Source: Acidimicrobiales bacterium (GTDB taxonomy: Bacteria; Actinomycetota; Acidimicrobiia; Acidimicrobiales; SZUA-35). From it: a stretch of 64,000 bases of DNA. Shown here in pieces: positions 36,751 to 46,219 of this stretch; the stretch's first letter is position 1; each line of letters starts with the position of its first letter. Made by a program: the position numbers and the translations under genes. The stretch lies in contig JAWSVN010000044.1 in assembly GCA_033851875.1 (NCBI GenBank), positions 115 to 64,114 on the forward strand, in the 5' to 3' direction. The notes under the pieces were generated by a model. That model was given only the letters and a program-made list of their open reading frames with translations, did not search any database and was not told where the DNA came from.

Positions 36751-36760
36751 CGGGCGACGA

Positions 36761-37690
36761 TCAGACGTTGTGCGGAATGTAGCGGCCGCAGTGCGGCCAG
36801 GGCTGGTTGCCCCGCTGGGTCCACAGCACGCTCGCCATCGCGTCCTGGTCGGCCGCCGACGCCTGCGACGGCAACACGCCGACCAGATCGGGGCGGCCCG
36901 CCGACCGGGCGGTGCCGTCCCAGGTCGGGACCCCGAACTGGTAGGCCCCGAAGTAGAGGCCGTTGCGGGAGACGATCGCGTAGTCCCCGCCCGATTCGCA
37001 CGCCCGCAGAGCGGCCCACTCCTCCGCCGATGGCGGCCGCGGACCGGCCGGGTCCTCGGTCGACGGCGCCGCAACCTGTGCCGGCGCCGTGTCGGCGACG
37101 GTCGTGGTCGACTCGGCCGGGGCGGAGGTCGGCGGCGTCGTCGTCGGGGCCGCCGTGGTCGGCGGCGCTGTCGCAGGGGCCGCGGTCGTGGGGGCTGCGG
37201 TGGCCGGTGCGGCCGTCGTCGGTGCGGCCGTCGTCGGTGCCGCCGAGGTCGGTGCGGCCGCGGTTGTCGGCGCCGAAGAGGGCGCAGCACTCAGCGGTGC
37301 GGCGGCTGTCTCGTCGCTCTCGGCGGTCAGGCCGGCGCCATCGACCGCATCAGCGGCGTCGCCCGCAGGGTCGACGTCGACGAGATCGTCGGCGAGGAGC
37401 TGGGCCCCGGCGCCGAACATCGACTCGACGTCGACGTCACCCAGGAGGGAACTGGCCACCTCGGTGGTCGAGGTCGGCTCCGCTGCGGCCTCGACCGCAG
37501 CGACGGTCGTCGACTCGCCGTCGTCGCGACCGGCGAGGAGGAGCGGCAGACCGACGATCAGGGACACCCCACAGGCGATCAGCCCGGGGAGGCTGACGGG
37601 AGGGGACGACCTGGACGATCTGTCCGCGACGGGAGGGACTCCACCACGCACCCGGGCCACCATAGGGGTGTCGTCATGAAACCGCAACAT
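36761..37690 (-). CDS. resuscitation-promoting-factor-like transglycosylase with TM anchor and Ala/Pro/Thr linker
   Basis: C-terminal 'WAALRACESGGDYAIVSRNGLYFGAYQFGVPTW' resembles the Rpf/transglycosylase-like domain. Its position between tatD and rsmA matches rpfB in mycobacteria. Alternative ATG at 37663. Confidence 0.75.
   Translation of the reverse strand: MLRFHDDTPMVARVRGGVPPVADRSSRSSPPVSLPGLIACGVSLIVGLPLLLAGRDDGESTTVAAVEAAAEPTSTTEVASSLLGDVDVESMFGAGAQLLADDLVDVDPAGDAADAVDGAGLTAESDETAAAPLSAAPSSAPTTAAAPTSAAPTTAAPTTAAPATAAPTTAAPATAPPTTAAPTTTPPTSAPAESTTTVADTAPAQVAAPSTEDPAGPRPPSAEEWAALRACESGGDYAIVSRNGLYFGAYQFGVPTWDGTARSAGRPDLVGVLPSQASAADQDAMASVLWTQRGNQPWPHCGRYIPHNV
37118..37280 (-). repeat. 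~18-bp periodic coding repeat (APTTAA-type hexapeptides) in the rpf-like gene
   Basis: The translated 'APTTAAAPTSAAPTTAAPTTAAPATAAPTTAAPATAPPTTAAPTTTPPTSAP' has matching near-repeats in the DNA. Confidence 0.8.
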
Positions 37691-37755
37691 CTCTCCGTGG
37701 TCGCTCGACCACGCAACCGTTGGGTCGCAGTGCCGGCCGGCCGATGGCGACGCCC

Positions 37756-38526
37756 TCAGATCTGATAGAGCGCCCGCCCGTTGGCGGTCGTGGCCGCCGC
37801 CAGCTCGGCCGGATCACACCCCTGGAGGTCGGCCAGCGCGTGACCTACCACGGCTACGTACGCAGGCTGATTCTTCTTGCCTCGGTGGGGCACGGGCGCC
37901 AGGAAGGGCGAGTCGGTCTCGACCAGGGTTCGGTCGATCGGGCAACGCCGCGCTGCCTCCTGGAGGTCGGTCGCCGACGGGAAGGTGACGATGCCGCTGA
38001 ACGAGAGCATCGTGCCTCGAGCGAGCGCCTCCTCGGCCTCGTCGGGCCCGCCGGTGAAGCAGTGGAAGACCGTCCGCTCGGGCACGCCGCAGTCGTCGAG
38101 GATGGCGAAGGTGTCGCCCCAGGCGTCGCGGGAGTGGATCACCAGAGCCAGGTCGAAGCGATGAGCGAGGGCGATCTGCTCGGCGAAGACGGCCCGCTGC
38201 TCTTCACGAGGCGAGTTGTCGTAGTGGTAGTCGAGGCCGCACTCCCCCACCGCCACCACGTCGCCGCCCTCGAGAAGGTCGACGAGACCGTCGATGCCGC
38301 CCTTGGCGTCGTGGGGATGGACCCCGGCCGTGGCCCAGACGTTGTCGAAACCGTTGGCGATGTCGATGGCCCGAGCGCTGTCGGCCACGTCGCATCCGAC
38401 GGTCAGCAGCCGATCGACACCCCCGGCTCCGGCCTCGGCGACGACCTCGGCCGGGTCGCGGGTGATCGTCGTGAGGTGACAGTGGTTGTCGAACCAACCA
38501 CCGACGAAGCCAGGGTCCTCAGCCAT
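37756..38526 (-). CDS. tatD: TatD family metal-dependent hydrolase
   Basis: Internal ATG 38526. 'FDNHCHL', 'GECGLDYHY', 'VIHSRDA', 'FHCFTG' and 'ETDSPFL' motifs. Overlaps the metG stop by 8 nt. Confidence 0.9.
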   Translation of the reverse strand: MAEDPGFVGGWFDNHCHLTTITRDPAEVVAEAGAGGVDRLLTVGCDVADSARAIDIANGFDNVWATAGVHPHDAKGGIDGLVDLLEGGDVVAVGECGLDYHYDNSPREEQRAVFAEQIALAHRFDLALVIHSRDAWGDTFAILDDCGVPERTVFHCFTGGPDEAEEALARGTMLSFSGIVTFPSATDLQEAARRCPIDRTLVETDSPFLAPVPHRGKKNQPAYVAVVGHALADLQGCDPAELAAATTANGRALYQI

Positions 38527-40150
38527 CGAGGGTCTCGAGGTCGATCTTGGCGAACAGCGGCGTGGGCTTGGGGATCTCGGTGCCCTCCACGAGCGGGGCT
38601 CGCGTCCATCCCTCGATCGGGCCGAGCATGTTGCTGATCGCTTCGGTCGAGAACGGGAGGAAGGGGGCGAAGAGCACCCGCACACCGTTGATCGCGCTCA
38701 ACGCCGTCCACAGGATCGTGCGGCCGCGCTCCAGGTCGACCTTCACGACCTTCCAGGGCTCGGTGGCGTTGAGGTAGGTGTTGACGGCTTGTGCGGCGGC
38801 CATGGCCGAGCGGAGCGCGGCCCGCAGCTCGACGGCGTCGAAGTGATCGGCGGCCTCGACCAGGGCCGCGTCGACCTGAGCGAGCAGCGCCTCGTCGTCG
38901 TCGGTGAGTGCGCCGGGGGCGAGGACCTGGCCATCGCAGTTCTTGTGGGTCATCGCCAGCACGCGGTTGACGAGGTTGCCCCAGGTGGCGACCAGTTCGT
39001 CGTTGATACGACGAGCGATCTCCTCGATCGAGATCTCGGTGTCGCTCTGTTCGGGGAACGACGCGGCGAGGGCGAACCGGAGGGCGTCGGGCTGGAAGGT
39101 GTCGAGCGCCTCCTGGATCGTGAGGCCGATGCCCCGACTGGCCGACGCCTTGCCGCCCGAGAACGTCACGTACTGATTGGCCGGCACGTTGGTCGGCAGG
39201 TCGAGGTCGCCGTAGCCCATCAGCTGGGCCGGCCAGAACAGGGCGTGGAACGGGATGTTGTCCTTGCCGATGAAGTAGTAGGAGCGGGCGTCGGGGTTCT
39301 CCCACCAGTGCCGCCAGGCCTCGGGGTCGCCGGTGCCGGCGGCCCATTCCTTCGACGCCGACAGGTAGCCGATGACGGCGTCGTACCAGACGTAGATCCG
39401 CTTGCCCGGCCCGAGGTCGTCGACGGGGAGCTCGATCCCCCACTCGATGTCGCGGGTGATCGCCCGGTCGAGCAGCCCCTCCTCCAGCCACCCCTTGGCG
39501 AAGTTGAGGACGTGGGGTCGCCAGCCCTCACGGCTGTCGAGGTAGGTCTTGAGCCGGTCGGTGAAGTCGCTGAACCGGTAATAGAAATGCTCGGTCTCGC
39601 GCGGCACCGGGGTGGCGCCCGACAGCTTCGAACGCGGCTCGATGAGGTCGGTGACGTCGAGGGTGCGTCCGCAGTCGTCGCACTGGTCGCCGCGAGCGTC
39701 GACGTAGCCGCAGTGCGGACAGGTGCCCTCGACGTAGCGGTCGGGCAGGAAGCGCTCGGCCTCGGGGTCGAAGTACTGCTCCGACACCCGCTTGTCGATG
39801 TGACCGTTCTCGAGCTGGCGCAGGAACATCTCCCGCGTCACCTCGGCGTGGTTCTCGGTGCCCGTGGTGGTGTAGAGATCCCACGTCATGCCGAGCTCGT
39901 CCCACTGGCGAACGAACTCGCCGTGGTAGCGATCGACGATGTCCTGCGGGGTGACGCCTTCGTTCTCGGCCCGCACCGTGATCGGGGTGCCGTGGACGTC
40001 GGAGCCGCTGACCATCAGCACGTCGTTGCCTCGCAGCCGCTGATGTTTGGCGAAGATGTCGGCCGGCAGGTAGGCCCCGGCGAGGTGCCCGACATGGCGG
40101 GACCCGGACGCGTAGGGCCAGGCGACGGCAACGAGGATCGGCGTGCTCAT
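38519..40150 (-). CDS. metG: methionine--tRNA ligase
   Basis: HIGH-type motif 'PYASGSRHVGHLAG', a zinc knuckle 'CPHCG...CDDCG' and KMSKS-type motif 'KASASRG'. Confidence 0.96.
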   Translation of the reverse strand: MSTPILVAVAWPYASGSRHVGHLAGAYLPADIFAKHQRLRGNDVLMVSGSDVHGTPITVRAENEGVTPQDIVDRYHGEFVRQWDELGMTWDLYTTTGTENHAEVTREMFLRQLENGHIDKRVSEQYFDPEAERFLPDRYVEGTCPHCGYVDARGDQCDDCGRTLDVTDLIEPRSKLSGATPVPRETEHFYYRFSDFTDRLKTYLDSREGWRPHVLNFAKGWLEEGLLDRAITRDIEWGIELPVDDLGPGKRIYVWYDAVIGYLSASKEWAAGTGDPEAWRHWWENPDARSYYFIGKDNIPFHALFWPAQLMGYGDLDLPTNVPANQYVTFSGGKASASRGIGLTIQEALDTFQPDALRFALAASFPEQSDTEISIEEIARRINDELVATWGNLVNRVLAMTHKNCDGQVLAPGALTDDDEALLAQVDAALVEAADHFDAVELRAALRSAMAAAQAVNTYLNATEPWKVVKVDLERGRTILWTALSAINGVRVLFAPFLPFSTEAISNMLGPIEGWTRAPLVEGTEIPKPTPLFAKIDLETLDG

Positions 40151-40198
40151 CAGGCCGAGGGTAGCGAGCGCCGCCGCGCCGGCAGCGGGGCCGAGGGG

Positions 40199-41752
40199 TC
40201 AGGCTCGCAGCGCCGCCGACACGACCGTCGTCTCGAGCTCGGCTCCGACGACCGACTCGGTCGGTTCCGACTCGGTCGACGGCGAACGCAGGTCGATCAC
40301 GGCGACCGGAGCGTCGCTCACGCCGTCGGCGGTCACGAGGCGGCGCGCCGGCACGAGGGCGAGTGAGACCGCGACCTGGACCACGGTGGCGAGCACGATC
40401 TGCAGGTCGAGGCGGAGCGACCAGTTCTCGACGTAGTGGAGGTCGAGGCGTCGGTAGGCCTCGAAGCTCGGGCTGTTGCGCGCCTCGACCTGCCACAGCC
40501 CGGTGACCCCGGGCAGCACGGCGAACCGCTCGCGGAGTTCGACGTCGAACGCCGAGGCCTCCTCGGGGAGGGCCGGGCGTGGGCCGACCAGGCTCATCTC
40601 GCCTCGCACCACGTTGACCAGCTGGGGGAGTTCGTCGATCGACGTCCGCCGCAGCAGGGCGCCGACGCGGGTGACCCGGGGATCGACCGTCATCTTGAAC
40701 AGCGGGCCGTTGCGCTCGTTCTGATCGAGCAGTTGCTGCCGCTGCTGCTCGGCGTCGACCGTCATCGACCGGAACTTCAGCATCTCGAAGCCGCGACCGC
40801 CCTTGCCGATCCGGGTCGACCGGTAGAGGGCGGGGCCGGGGCTGTCGCTCCGGACGACGAGCCCGACGAGCGCCAGGAAGGGAGCGATCGCGACAAGGGC
40901 GACGGCGGCCACGGCGCGCTCGGCGAGGTGCTTGACGGACCGCGCCATCATCCGCTCGCCGGGCGGCCGCTCGATGACCAGCAGCGACTGGTGCCCCACG
41001 GAACGGACTCGGACCTGGTCACCGCCGAGGCGCGACGCGTCGGTGGCGACGACGACTCGGTGGCCCGCCCGACGCACTCGATCGACCGTGGCCTCGGCGG
41101 CCGAGGCCACGACGGCGCAGTCGGCGCCGAGGTGAGCCATCAGATCGAGCAACTCGTCGGGGCGGCCGAGATGGTGGGCGCCGAGGCCGGCATCGAGGCT
41201 GCGAGCCGGGTCGGTGACGACCCCGAGCGGCGCGAAGCCGCAATCGGGGTGATCGAGCAGCAGCTGGAACTGTCTTGGGGCGTCGTCACCCACCACGATC
41301 ACCGGCTCGGCGTCGCGCCCGGCTCGGAGCTCGCGGCGAGTCCCGCGGCCGATCGCCGCCAGCAGCCAGGTCACTCCAGCTCCCAGCACGCAGACGAGGG
41401 CGACGTCACGCCGGGCTCGCCCGGACGCGAGGTCGTTGGCGACGGCAGCAGCGGCCGCGGCGCACGCCGCGATCACGACACCGACGAGCAGGTGGCCTAC
41501 CTCCTCGACTCGAGCCGGGGCCGGGCGTCGAAGATACAGACCCCGAGACCAGCACCACACGAGGCCAGCGGCTGCGGCCGACCCGGCGATCACCGTCGCT
41601 GCGGCGGCCGTCTGCCCCATCCACCAGCCAACGATCGCCCACACGCTGACGACCGAGGCCAGATCGATCAACACCACGGCTGGGGCGAAACGCCCTCCCG
41701 CCAGCCTGGTGGGGCGCGCGGAGCGCGCCACATCCGCCACTTCGGCAGTCAT
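40199..41752 (-). CDS. polyprenyl-phosphate sugar-phosphate transferase (WbaP/EpsL-type priming glycosyltransferase)
   Basis: Start at ATG 41752. N-terminal TM bundle. C-terminal 'LKFRSM', '[33 protein letters not shown]' bacterial sugar transferase domain. Confidence 0.88.
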   Translation of the reverse strand: MTAEVADVARSARPTRLAGGRFAPAVVLIDLASVVSVWAIVGWWMGQTAAAATVIAGSAAAAGLVWCWSRGLYLRRPAPARVEEVGHLLVGVVIAACAAAAAAVANDLASGRARRDVALVCVLGAGVTWLLAAIGRGTRRELRAGRDAEPVIVVGDDAPRQFQLLLDHPDCGFAPLGVVTDPARSLDAGLGAHHLGRPDELLDLMAHLGADCAVVASAAEATVDRVRRAGHRVVVATDASRLGGDQVRVRSVGHQSLLVIERPPGERMMARSVKHLAERAVAAVALVAIAPFLALVGLVVRSDSPGPALYRSTRIGKGGRGFEMLKFRSMTVDAEQQRQQLLDQNERNGPLFKMTVDPRVTRVGALLRRTSIDELPQLVNVVRGEMSLVGPRPALPEEASAFDVELRERFAVLPGVTGLWQVEARNSPSFEAYRRLDLHYVENWSLRLDLQIVLATVVQVAVSLALVPARRLVTADGVSDAPVAVIDLRSPSTESEPTESVVGAELETTVVSAALRA

Positions 41753-41921
41753 ATTCCCTCCATGCGCCGAGATCCGCCTGATCCCGAGCGACGCCCATCG
41801 TAGGCACAGCACCACGCCCAGTGCCAGCATCCTTTCGCACGATTCTCCGCTCGGCATCGGGATCACCCCCCTTGCCGTGCGGTCCCCCCAAGCCGACACG
41901 CACTCTCGTAGAGTGGCGCGG

Positions 41922-43103
41922 ATGGGGAGGAGGGCCCCCGACGGGCCGGACCGTCGGACGTCGACGCCGACATCGGCCGGCGACGTGCCCACACGGCCGG
42001 TCGCCCGCAAGGCGCCCTATGCGCCGCGGGTTGTCGACGACACCCTCGCCGACGCCGTGCTCGATCCACGACGCCACTTCGTCGCCCTCGTCGGTGAACC
42101 CCTGGCCGGGACCTCACGCACCCTCGGCCACCTGGTCGGCGAGCTGCGACGTTCGCCGGGGGACCCCGCAACCGACGTCCGCCGCGTCCCCGGGCCCCGA
42201 TTCTCGGCGTCGGGCCGTGGACCGTCGCTCGCGGCCGCCATCGTCGAGGCCAGGAAGCTGGGCACCCCGGTCACCCTCGTCGTCGACGACCTCGACAGCC
42301 ATGTCGGTCGAGGCCTGGAACGTCCGCTGGTCGACGGGCTCGCCGGCACCGACATCCGGATGTTGGGAACGATCCGGTCCAGTCAGCTCGACCTGCTGCG
42401 CGGCAGCTTCTCCGAGGTCGCCGACCTGGTCCACGAGCATCGGGCCGGGCCGACCCTCGGGGCGCGCCTCTCCCCCGAGGAACTCCAGCAGCTGCCCGAG
42501 CCCTATCGCGAACTACGCCCCTCGGCCCGATCGACGCTGGCCCGCAGTCTGAGCGGCGCCGAGTCGGTGCTGCGTCACCTGGTCGAGGGGGCCGAGCTCG
42601 AACCGCTCGGTTTGCTCGTCGCCGAGTTGGCGGCGCTGTGGGGCGCCGTCGGCCTCCCCGAACATGCCCCGACGCCGGCCCTCGTCCGGATGGCGCGTGC
42701 CACCGCGCCGCTGCGCGGCCTCGCCCCGCCCACGAACGACGCCATGCGGACCGCCCTCACCTGGGCGACCCGGGTGCTCGATGCGCCGCTCCCCTCGGTC
42801 GCCGGCCCGCGCCTGCTCGAGCCCGCGCCCTGGGGCGACCGGCAGCTCCGCCCCCACCCGGTTCTGCGAGCCGAGGCCACCTCGCTGCGTGCCACCGAGA
42901 TCGCGGCGGCGTTGCCGGTCCTCCTGGCGGCGACCGACACCGCGGCAGCTCCCCGGATGGCGGCGGCGCTCCTCCACGGCCGGGCCAATGACGGCGGCGG
43001 GACGAGAACCGCCGCGGCGCCACTGCTGCGGGACCGCCTTGGTGATGTCGACGTGATCAGCGGTGTCCAGCAGATGCTCAGCCGACCGGACCTCACGGGC
43101 TGA
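41922..43103 (+). CDS. hypothetical protein with P-loop-NTPase-like core lacking the Walker A lysine
   Basis: Internal ATG of ORF 41436..43103. 'FVALVGEPLAGTSRTL' sits where GxxxxGK(S/T) is expected, and 'TLVVDDLD' resembles Walker B. Helical Ala/Leu-rich C-terminus. Divergent from the priming transferase. Confidence 0.5.
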   Translation: MGRRAPDGPDRRTSTPTSAGDVPTRPVARKAPYAPRVVDDTLADAVLDPRRHFVALVGEPLAGTSRTLGHLVGELRRSPGDPATDVRRVPGPRFSASGRGPSLAAAIVEARKLGTPVTLVVDDLDSHVGRGLERPLVDGLAGTDIRMLGTIRSSQLDLLRGSFSEVADLVHEHRAGPTLGARLSPEELQQLPEPYRELRPSARSTLARSLSGAESVLRHLVEGAELEPLGLLVAELAALWGAVGLPEHAPTPALVRMARATAPLRGLAPPTNDAMRTALTWATRVLDAPLPSVAGPRLLEPAPWGDRQLRPHPVLRAEATSLRATEIAAALPVLLAATDTAAAPRMAAALLHGRANDGGGTRTAAAPLLRDRLGDVDVISGVQQMLSRPDLTG

Positions 43104-43215
43104 CACTCGCCGGCGCGGCCTCGGCGACCAGGGCCATCGACCTCCGACCGTGGGCTGATCACCTCCGACGGTGGCCATCGGACGGCGGGTCGGTCATACT
43201 GTGTCGGCGAAGCAC

Positions 43216-43229
43216 GGGCCGATCGGCCC
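43216..43229. promoter_or_regulatory. perfect 14-bp palindrome GGGCCGATCGGCCC upstream of the RraA-like gene
   Basis: Read directly. It lies 24 nt upstream of ATG 43253, just before the GGAGGGA SD-like sequence. It could be an operator or a hairpin. Confidence 0.3.
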
Positions 43230-43252
43230 GTCCACAGCGGAGGGAAACAACG

Positions 43253-43993
43253 ATGGCGGAAACGGCTGGCGTAGCCGCGGGCTCGCGCGTTCCACAGAGC
43301 AGTGAACTACTCCCTGGACCCGGATTCCGGGTCCGTAAGGACTTCCCGAGGGTCGATCCCGACATCGTGAGGCGATTCGGGCAGCTCGACATCGCGCTCG
43401 TGTCGGACCTGATGAACCGGCTCTACACGCTGCGGAGCGGGCTACACCCGATCGTCGAACACACCGAGCCGCTCCTGGTCGGCACAGCCTGCACGGTCAA
43501 GGTCTTCCCCGGCGACAACCTGATGGTCCACGCCTCGCTCGACTCCGCGGGCCCCGGCGACATCGTCGTCATCGACACCGCGGGCAGCGACGCCAACGCC
43601 GTGCTCGGCGACATGGTCACGAACAAAGCGAGGGCGCGTGGTATCGCCGGCTTCATCGTCGACGGACTGGTGCGCGATGTCGACGGCATGCGCGAGGCCG
43701 GCGTGCCGGTGTTCGCCCGTGGGGTCACCCCGCGCGGACCGCTCCACCGCGGACCGGGCGAGCTCAACTACCCGATCAGCTGCGGCGGCGTGACGATCCA
43801 CGCCGGCGACCTCGTCATGGCGGGATCCGACGGCGTGGTCGTCGTGCCCCAGGAGTCGATCGACGACATCCTCGAGCGATCCGAGGCGCGCATGACGGTC
43901 GAGGATGCCTATGTCGCCGCCGTCAAGCGGGGCGAATTCTCCAACCAGTGGGTCGACGACATGCTGTCCACCCACGCTTGCGAAGTGTGCTGA
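43253..43993 (+). CDS. RraA family protein (HMG/CHA aldolase / oxaloacetate decarboxylase-like)
   Basis: 'GDMVTNKARARGIAGFIVDGLVRDVDGMREAGVPVFARGVTPRG' is the RraA/DlpA-family core. Confidence 0.85.
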   Translation: MAETAGVAAGSRVPQSSELLPGPGFRVRKDFPRVDPDIVRRFGQLDIALVSDLMNRLYTLRSGLHPIVEHTEPLLVGTACTVKVFPGDNLMVHASLDSAGPGDIVVIDTAGSDANAVLGDMVTNKARARGIAGFIVDGLVRDVDGMREAGVPVFARGVTPRGPLHRGPGELNYPISCGGVTIHAGDLVMAGSDGVVVVPQESIDDILERSEARMTVEDAYVAAVKRGEFSNQWVDDMLSTHACEVC

Positions 43994-44024
43994 CCGATCG
44001 GGCGATCGCGGCGACGGCGACCTG

Positions 44025-45026
44025 ATGGGCGGCGTTCCCCGCCCCGTCGGCCGCAGGCTCGAGGCCGGGAGACGCTACCCGCCCTCGGTCGACCGCTCCG
44101 CGTTCCACCTCGGGGGGTGGCGCACCGCGGCCGCCTCGCTCGACGTCGACATCGTCGAACTCGGCGATGGCTTCCTCCGGCTCGACGGGTGGCTGCTCGT
44201 GCGCGGCGCCACGGTCGGCGTCGACTCGGTGGCTACGTGGCAGCTGGCGGGCGACAAGGGCGTCGCCCGCCGCTTGCTCGTCGAGGCCGGGCTCCCCGTC
44301 ACCGTCGACCGACCCGCCGACCGCGCCCACCTCCGGCAGCTCATCGAGCGTCCGGCCGACGCGCAGACGCTGGTGATCAAGCCCGGCCGCGACACCGGCG
44401 CCGGCGCCGGCGTCACCGTTGGGCCGAGCACACGCCGGGAGATCGTCGCCGCCATCACCGAAGCTCGGCGACTGTCGCCGGCCGTCCAGATCGAGGAGGC
44501 GGTCAGCGGTGACATCGTTCGCGCCTTGGTCGTCGAGGGCGAACTGCTCGATGCCGTCGTTCGCCGACCGGCCCGGATCCAGGGCGACGGCCGACTGACC
44601 GTCGACGAACTGGTCGACGCGGAGAACGCTCGCCGCCGCTCCCTGCCGGGCGGGCCGACCGGCTTCATCCCCCGCACGACCGACTACCGGGTACAGCTGC
44701 GGCGACAGCGCCGCTCGCCGGGCGCCCGGCTCCAACTCGGCGAACGGGTCACCGTGTCGGGCCGTTCGAACACCGGCTCGGAGCTCGAGAGTCGACGCAC
44801 GACCTTGTCGACCGAGGCGCACCGCGCCGCGGTCGATGCCTGCCGAGCGCTCGGGGTCCGCATCGGCGGCGTCGACCTGGTCGTCGACGACGGACGGCTC
44901 AGCGCCGTCCTCGAGGTCAACACCACCCCGGGTCTGCACTGGCACACCCTCGTGGCCGACGAGCCGTTCCCCGTGTTCGAGCGCTTGCTGGCCGCCGTCC
45001 TGGCTTCGCATCGCGGAGGGCAGTGA
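44025..45026 (+). CDS. ATP-grasp domain protein (cyanophycin-synthetase/RimK-like)
   Basis: Internal ATG 44025. 'LVIKPGRDTGAGAGV' (Lys plus Gly loop), 'IQGDGRLTVDELVDAEN' and 'GVDLVVDDGRLSAVLEVNTTPGL' (ExN Mg site). Confidence 0.78.
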   Translation: MGGVPRPVGRRLEAGRRYPPSVDRSAFHLGGWRTAAASLDVDIVELGDGFLRLDGWLLVRGATVGVDSVATWQLAGDKGVARRLLVEAGLPVTVDRPADRAHLRQLIERPADAQTLVIKPGRDTGAGAGVTVGPSTRREIVAAITEARRLSPAVQIEEAVSGDIVRALVVEGELLDAVVRRPARIQGDGRLTVDELVDAENARRRSLPGGPTGFIPRTTDYRVQLRRQRRSPGARLQLGERVTVSGRSNTGSELESRRTTLSTEAHRAAVDACRALGVRIGGVDLVVDDGRLSAVLEVNTTPGLHWHTLVADEPFPVFERLLAAVLASHRGGQ

Positions 45027-45043
45027 CCGACGAGGCCGGTGGG

Positions 45044-46219
45044 TCAGCGGCCGATCTTCCGAGCGACCATGCCACCGATCTTGTTGCGTGAGTTGGCGAT
45101 CGTGGGACCCAGGTCCGACATCGACCAGTAGGGCTTCACCGCTCGCCGTGGCAGGACCTTCACCCAATCGAGGGGGTTGAACCCGGCGGTCGACCGCACC
45201 GCCTTCAGGTCGCCCCACGGGTACCAGTACCAGCGCTCGTCCGGCGTCACCTCGATCGGCTCGACGTCGCCGAGCGCCTGGCGATAGACGATCGATGCCA
45301 GCGGAATGCCCGCGGCGTGGATCAACGGAAGCGCCGCGGTCATCCGGTGATTGCACTCGATGACCTTGAGCTGTCCGTCACGGGTGTCGAGCTTGAACTC
45401 GACGTTGGCCACGCCGCGGACCTCGAGCGCCTCGAAGAACCGGCGACCGACCTCGACGGTGGCGGGCAGGTGGACCATCTGGTGGAGCGTGCCCGGGCCT
45501 TCGTTCACCGGGAACCGTCGCTCGACCCGTTTGGTGAACTCGACGATCGTGGTGCCGTCGTCGGCGACGACGGCGTTGTAGCTGCTCAGCAGGGAATCCG
45601 GCCCCGGGATGAACTCCGACACCATGAAGCCGCCTGGGAGGTCGAAGAGTTCGTCCGCTTGGGCTCGCAACTGCGTGGCGTTGGAGGCCGACAGGTACTT
45701 GCGGCCACGGCGCCGCACCAGCTCGTAGGTGTGCCGGGGTTTGACGATCACGGGGTAGACGACCTCGTCGAGCACGAGGTCGATGTCCGCTCGATCGTCG
45801 ACCTGCCACAGCCGCGGGGCGGCGATGCCGTGCTGTTCCGCCAGCTCGACGGTGCGCTGCTTGTCGAGCACGGCATCCATCACGTCGGGGTCGAGGGTGG
45901 CCGGCGCGAACCGGGCTCGCAGGGCGTCGTGGTGATGAACCACGAAGTGCATTGCCGGATCGCTCAGGGCGATCAGCACCGCACCCTCCCACTCGGCGCC
46001 GTTGGCCTCGAACCACTCGACGAGCGCGACCTCGGTCACCTCCCCCGGCAGCGGCCGTGCCGTCACGCCACGAACCCGGTGCCCCGGGGCCGATGGCTCG
46101 GCGATCGTCACCACCTCGATCCCGTCAGCAACCAGGCAGCGAGCCGCCGCCACCAGGTTGTCGGCGCCGCCCAAGAGCAGCGCTGGGGTCGCGGGTGTGT
46201 CATTCTCTGCCGATGCCAC
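45044..46219 (-). CDS. ATP-grasp domain protein (carboxylate-amine ligase type)
   Basis: Pre-ATP-grasp 'ALLLGGADN', 'YPVIVKPRH', 'FMVSEFIPG' and 'ANVEFKLDTRDGQLKVIECNHR' (ExN). GTG start at 46219. Confidence 0.78.
   Translation of the reverse strand: MASAENDTPATPALLLGGADNLVAAARCLVADGIEVVTIAEPSAPGHRVRGVTARPLPGEVTEVALVEWFEANGAEWEGAVLIALSDPAMHFVVHHHDALRARFAPATLDPDVMDAVLDKQRTVELAEQHGIAAPRLWQVDDRADIDLVLDEVVYPVIVKPRHTYELVRRRGRKYLSASNATQLRAQADELFDLPGGFMVSEFIPGPDSLLSSYNAVVADDGTTIVEFTKRVERRFPVNEGPGTLHQMVHLPATVEVGRRFFEALEVRGVANVEFKLDTRDGQLKVIECNHRMTAALPLIHAAGIPLASIVYRQALGDVEPIEVTPDERWYWYPWGDLKAVRSTAGFNPLDWVKVLPRRAVKPYWSMSDLGPTIANSRNKIGGMVARKIGR

Noticed and set aside
36751-37290. N-terminal extension of rsmA (467-aa version)
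   Set aside because: It overlaps the rpf-like gene out of frame and is essentially poly-Arg/Pro. RsmA homology starts just after the TTG at 36750.
37691-37755. ydaO/c-di-AMP riboswitch upstream of the rpf-like gene
   Set aside because: Such riboswitches precede some actinobacterial rpf genes. Here only ~65 nt separate the rpf start from the tatD stop, which is too short for that element, and no matching structure was evident.
43905-44024. Upstream extension of the first ATP-grasp ORF
   Set aside because: It overlaps the 3' end of the RraA-like gene in another frame and encodes Ser/Pro/Thr-rich low-complexity sequence. ATP-grasp similarity begins after ATG 44025.
44025-46219. Graspetide (ATP-grasp RiPP) cluster hypothesis
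   Set aside because: I found no plausible short precursor-peptide ORF upstream of either ATP-grasp gene. The 31-nt and overlapping junctions leave no room. The flanking genes are glycan-related, not transporters or proteases.
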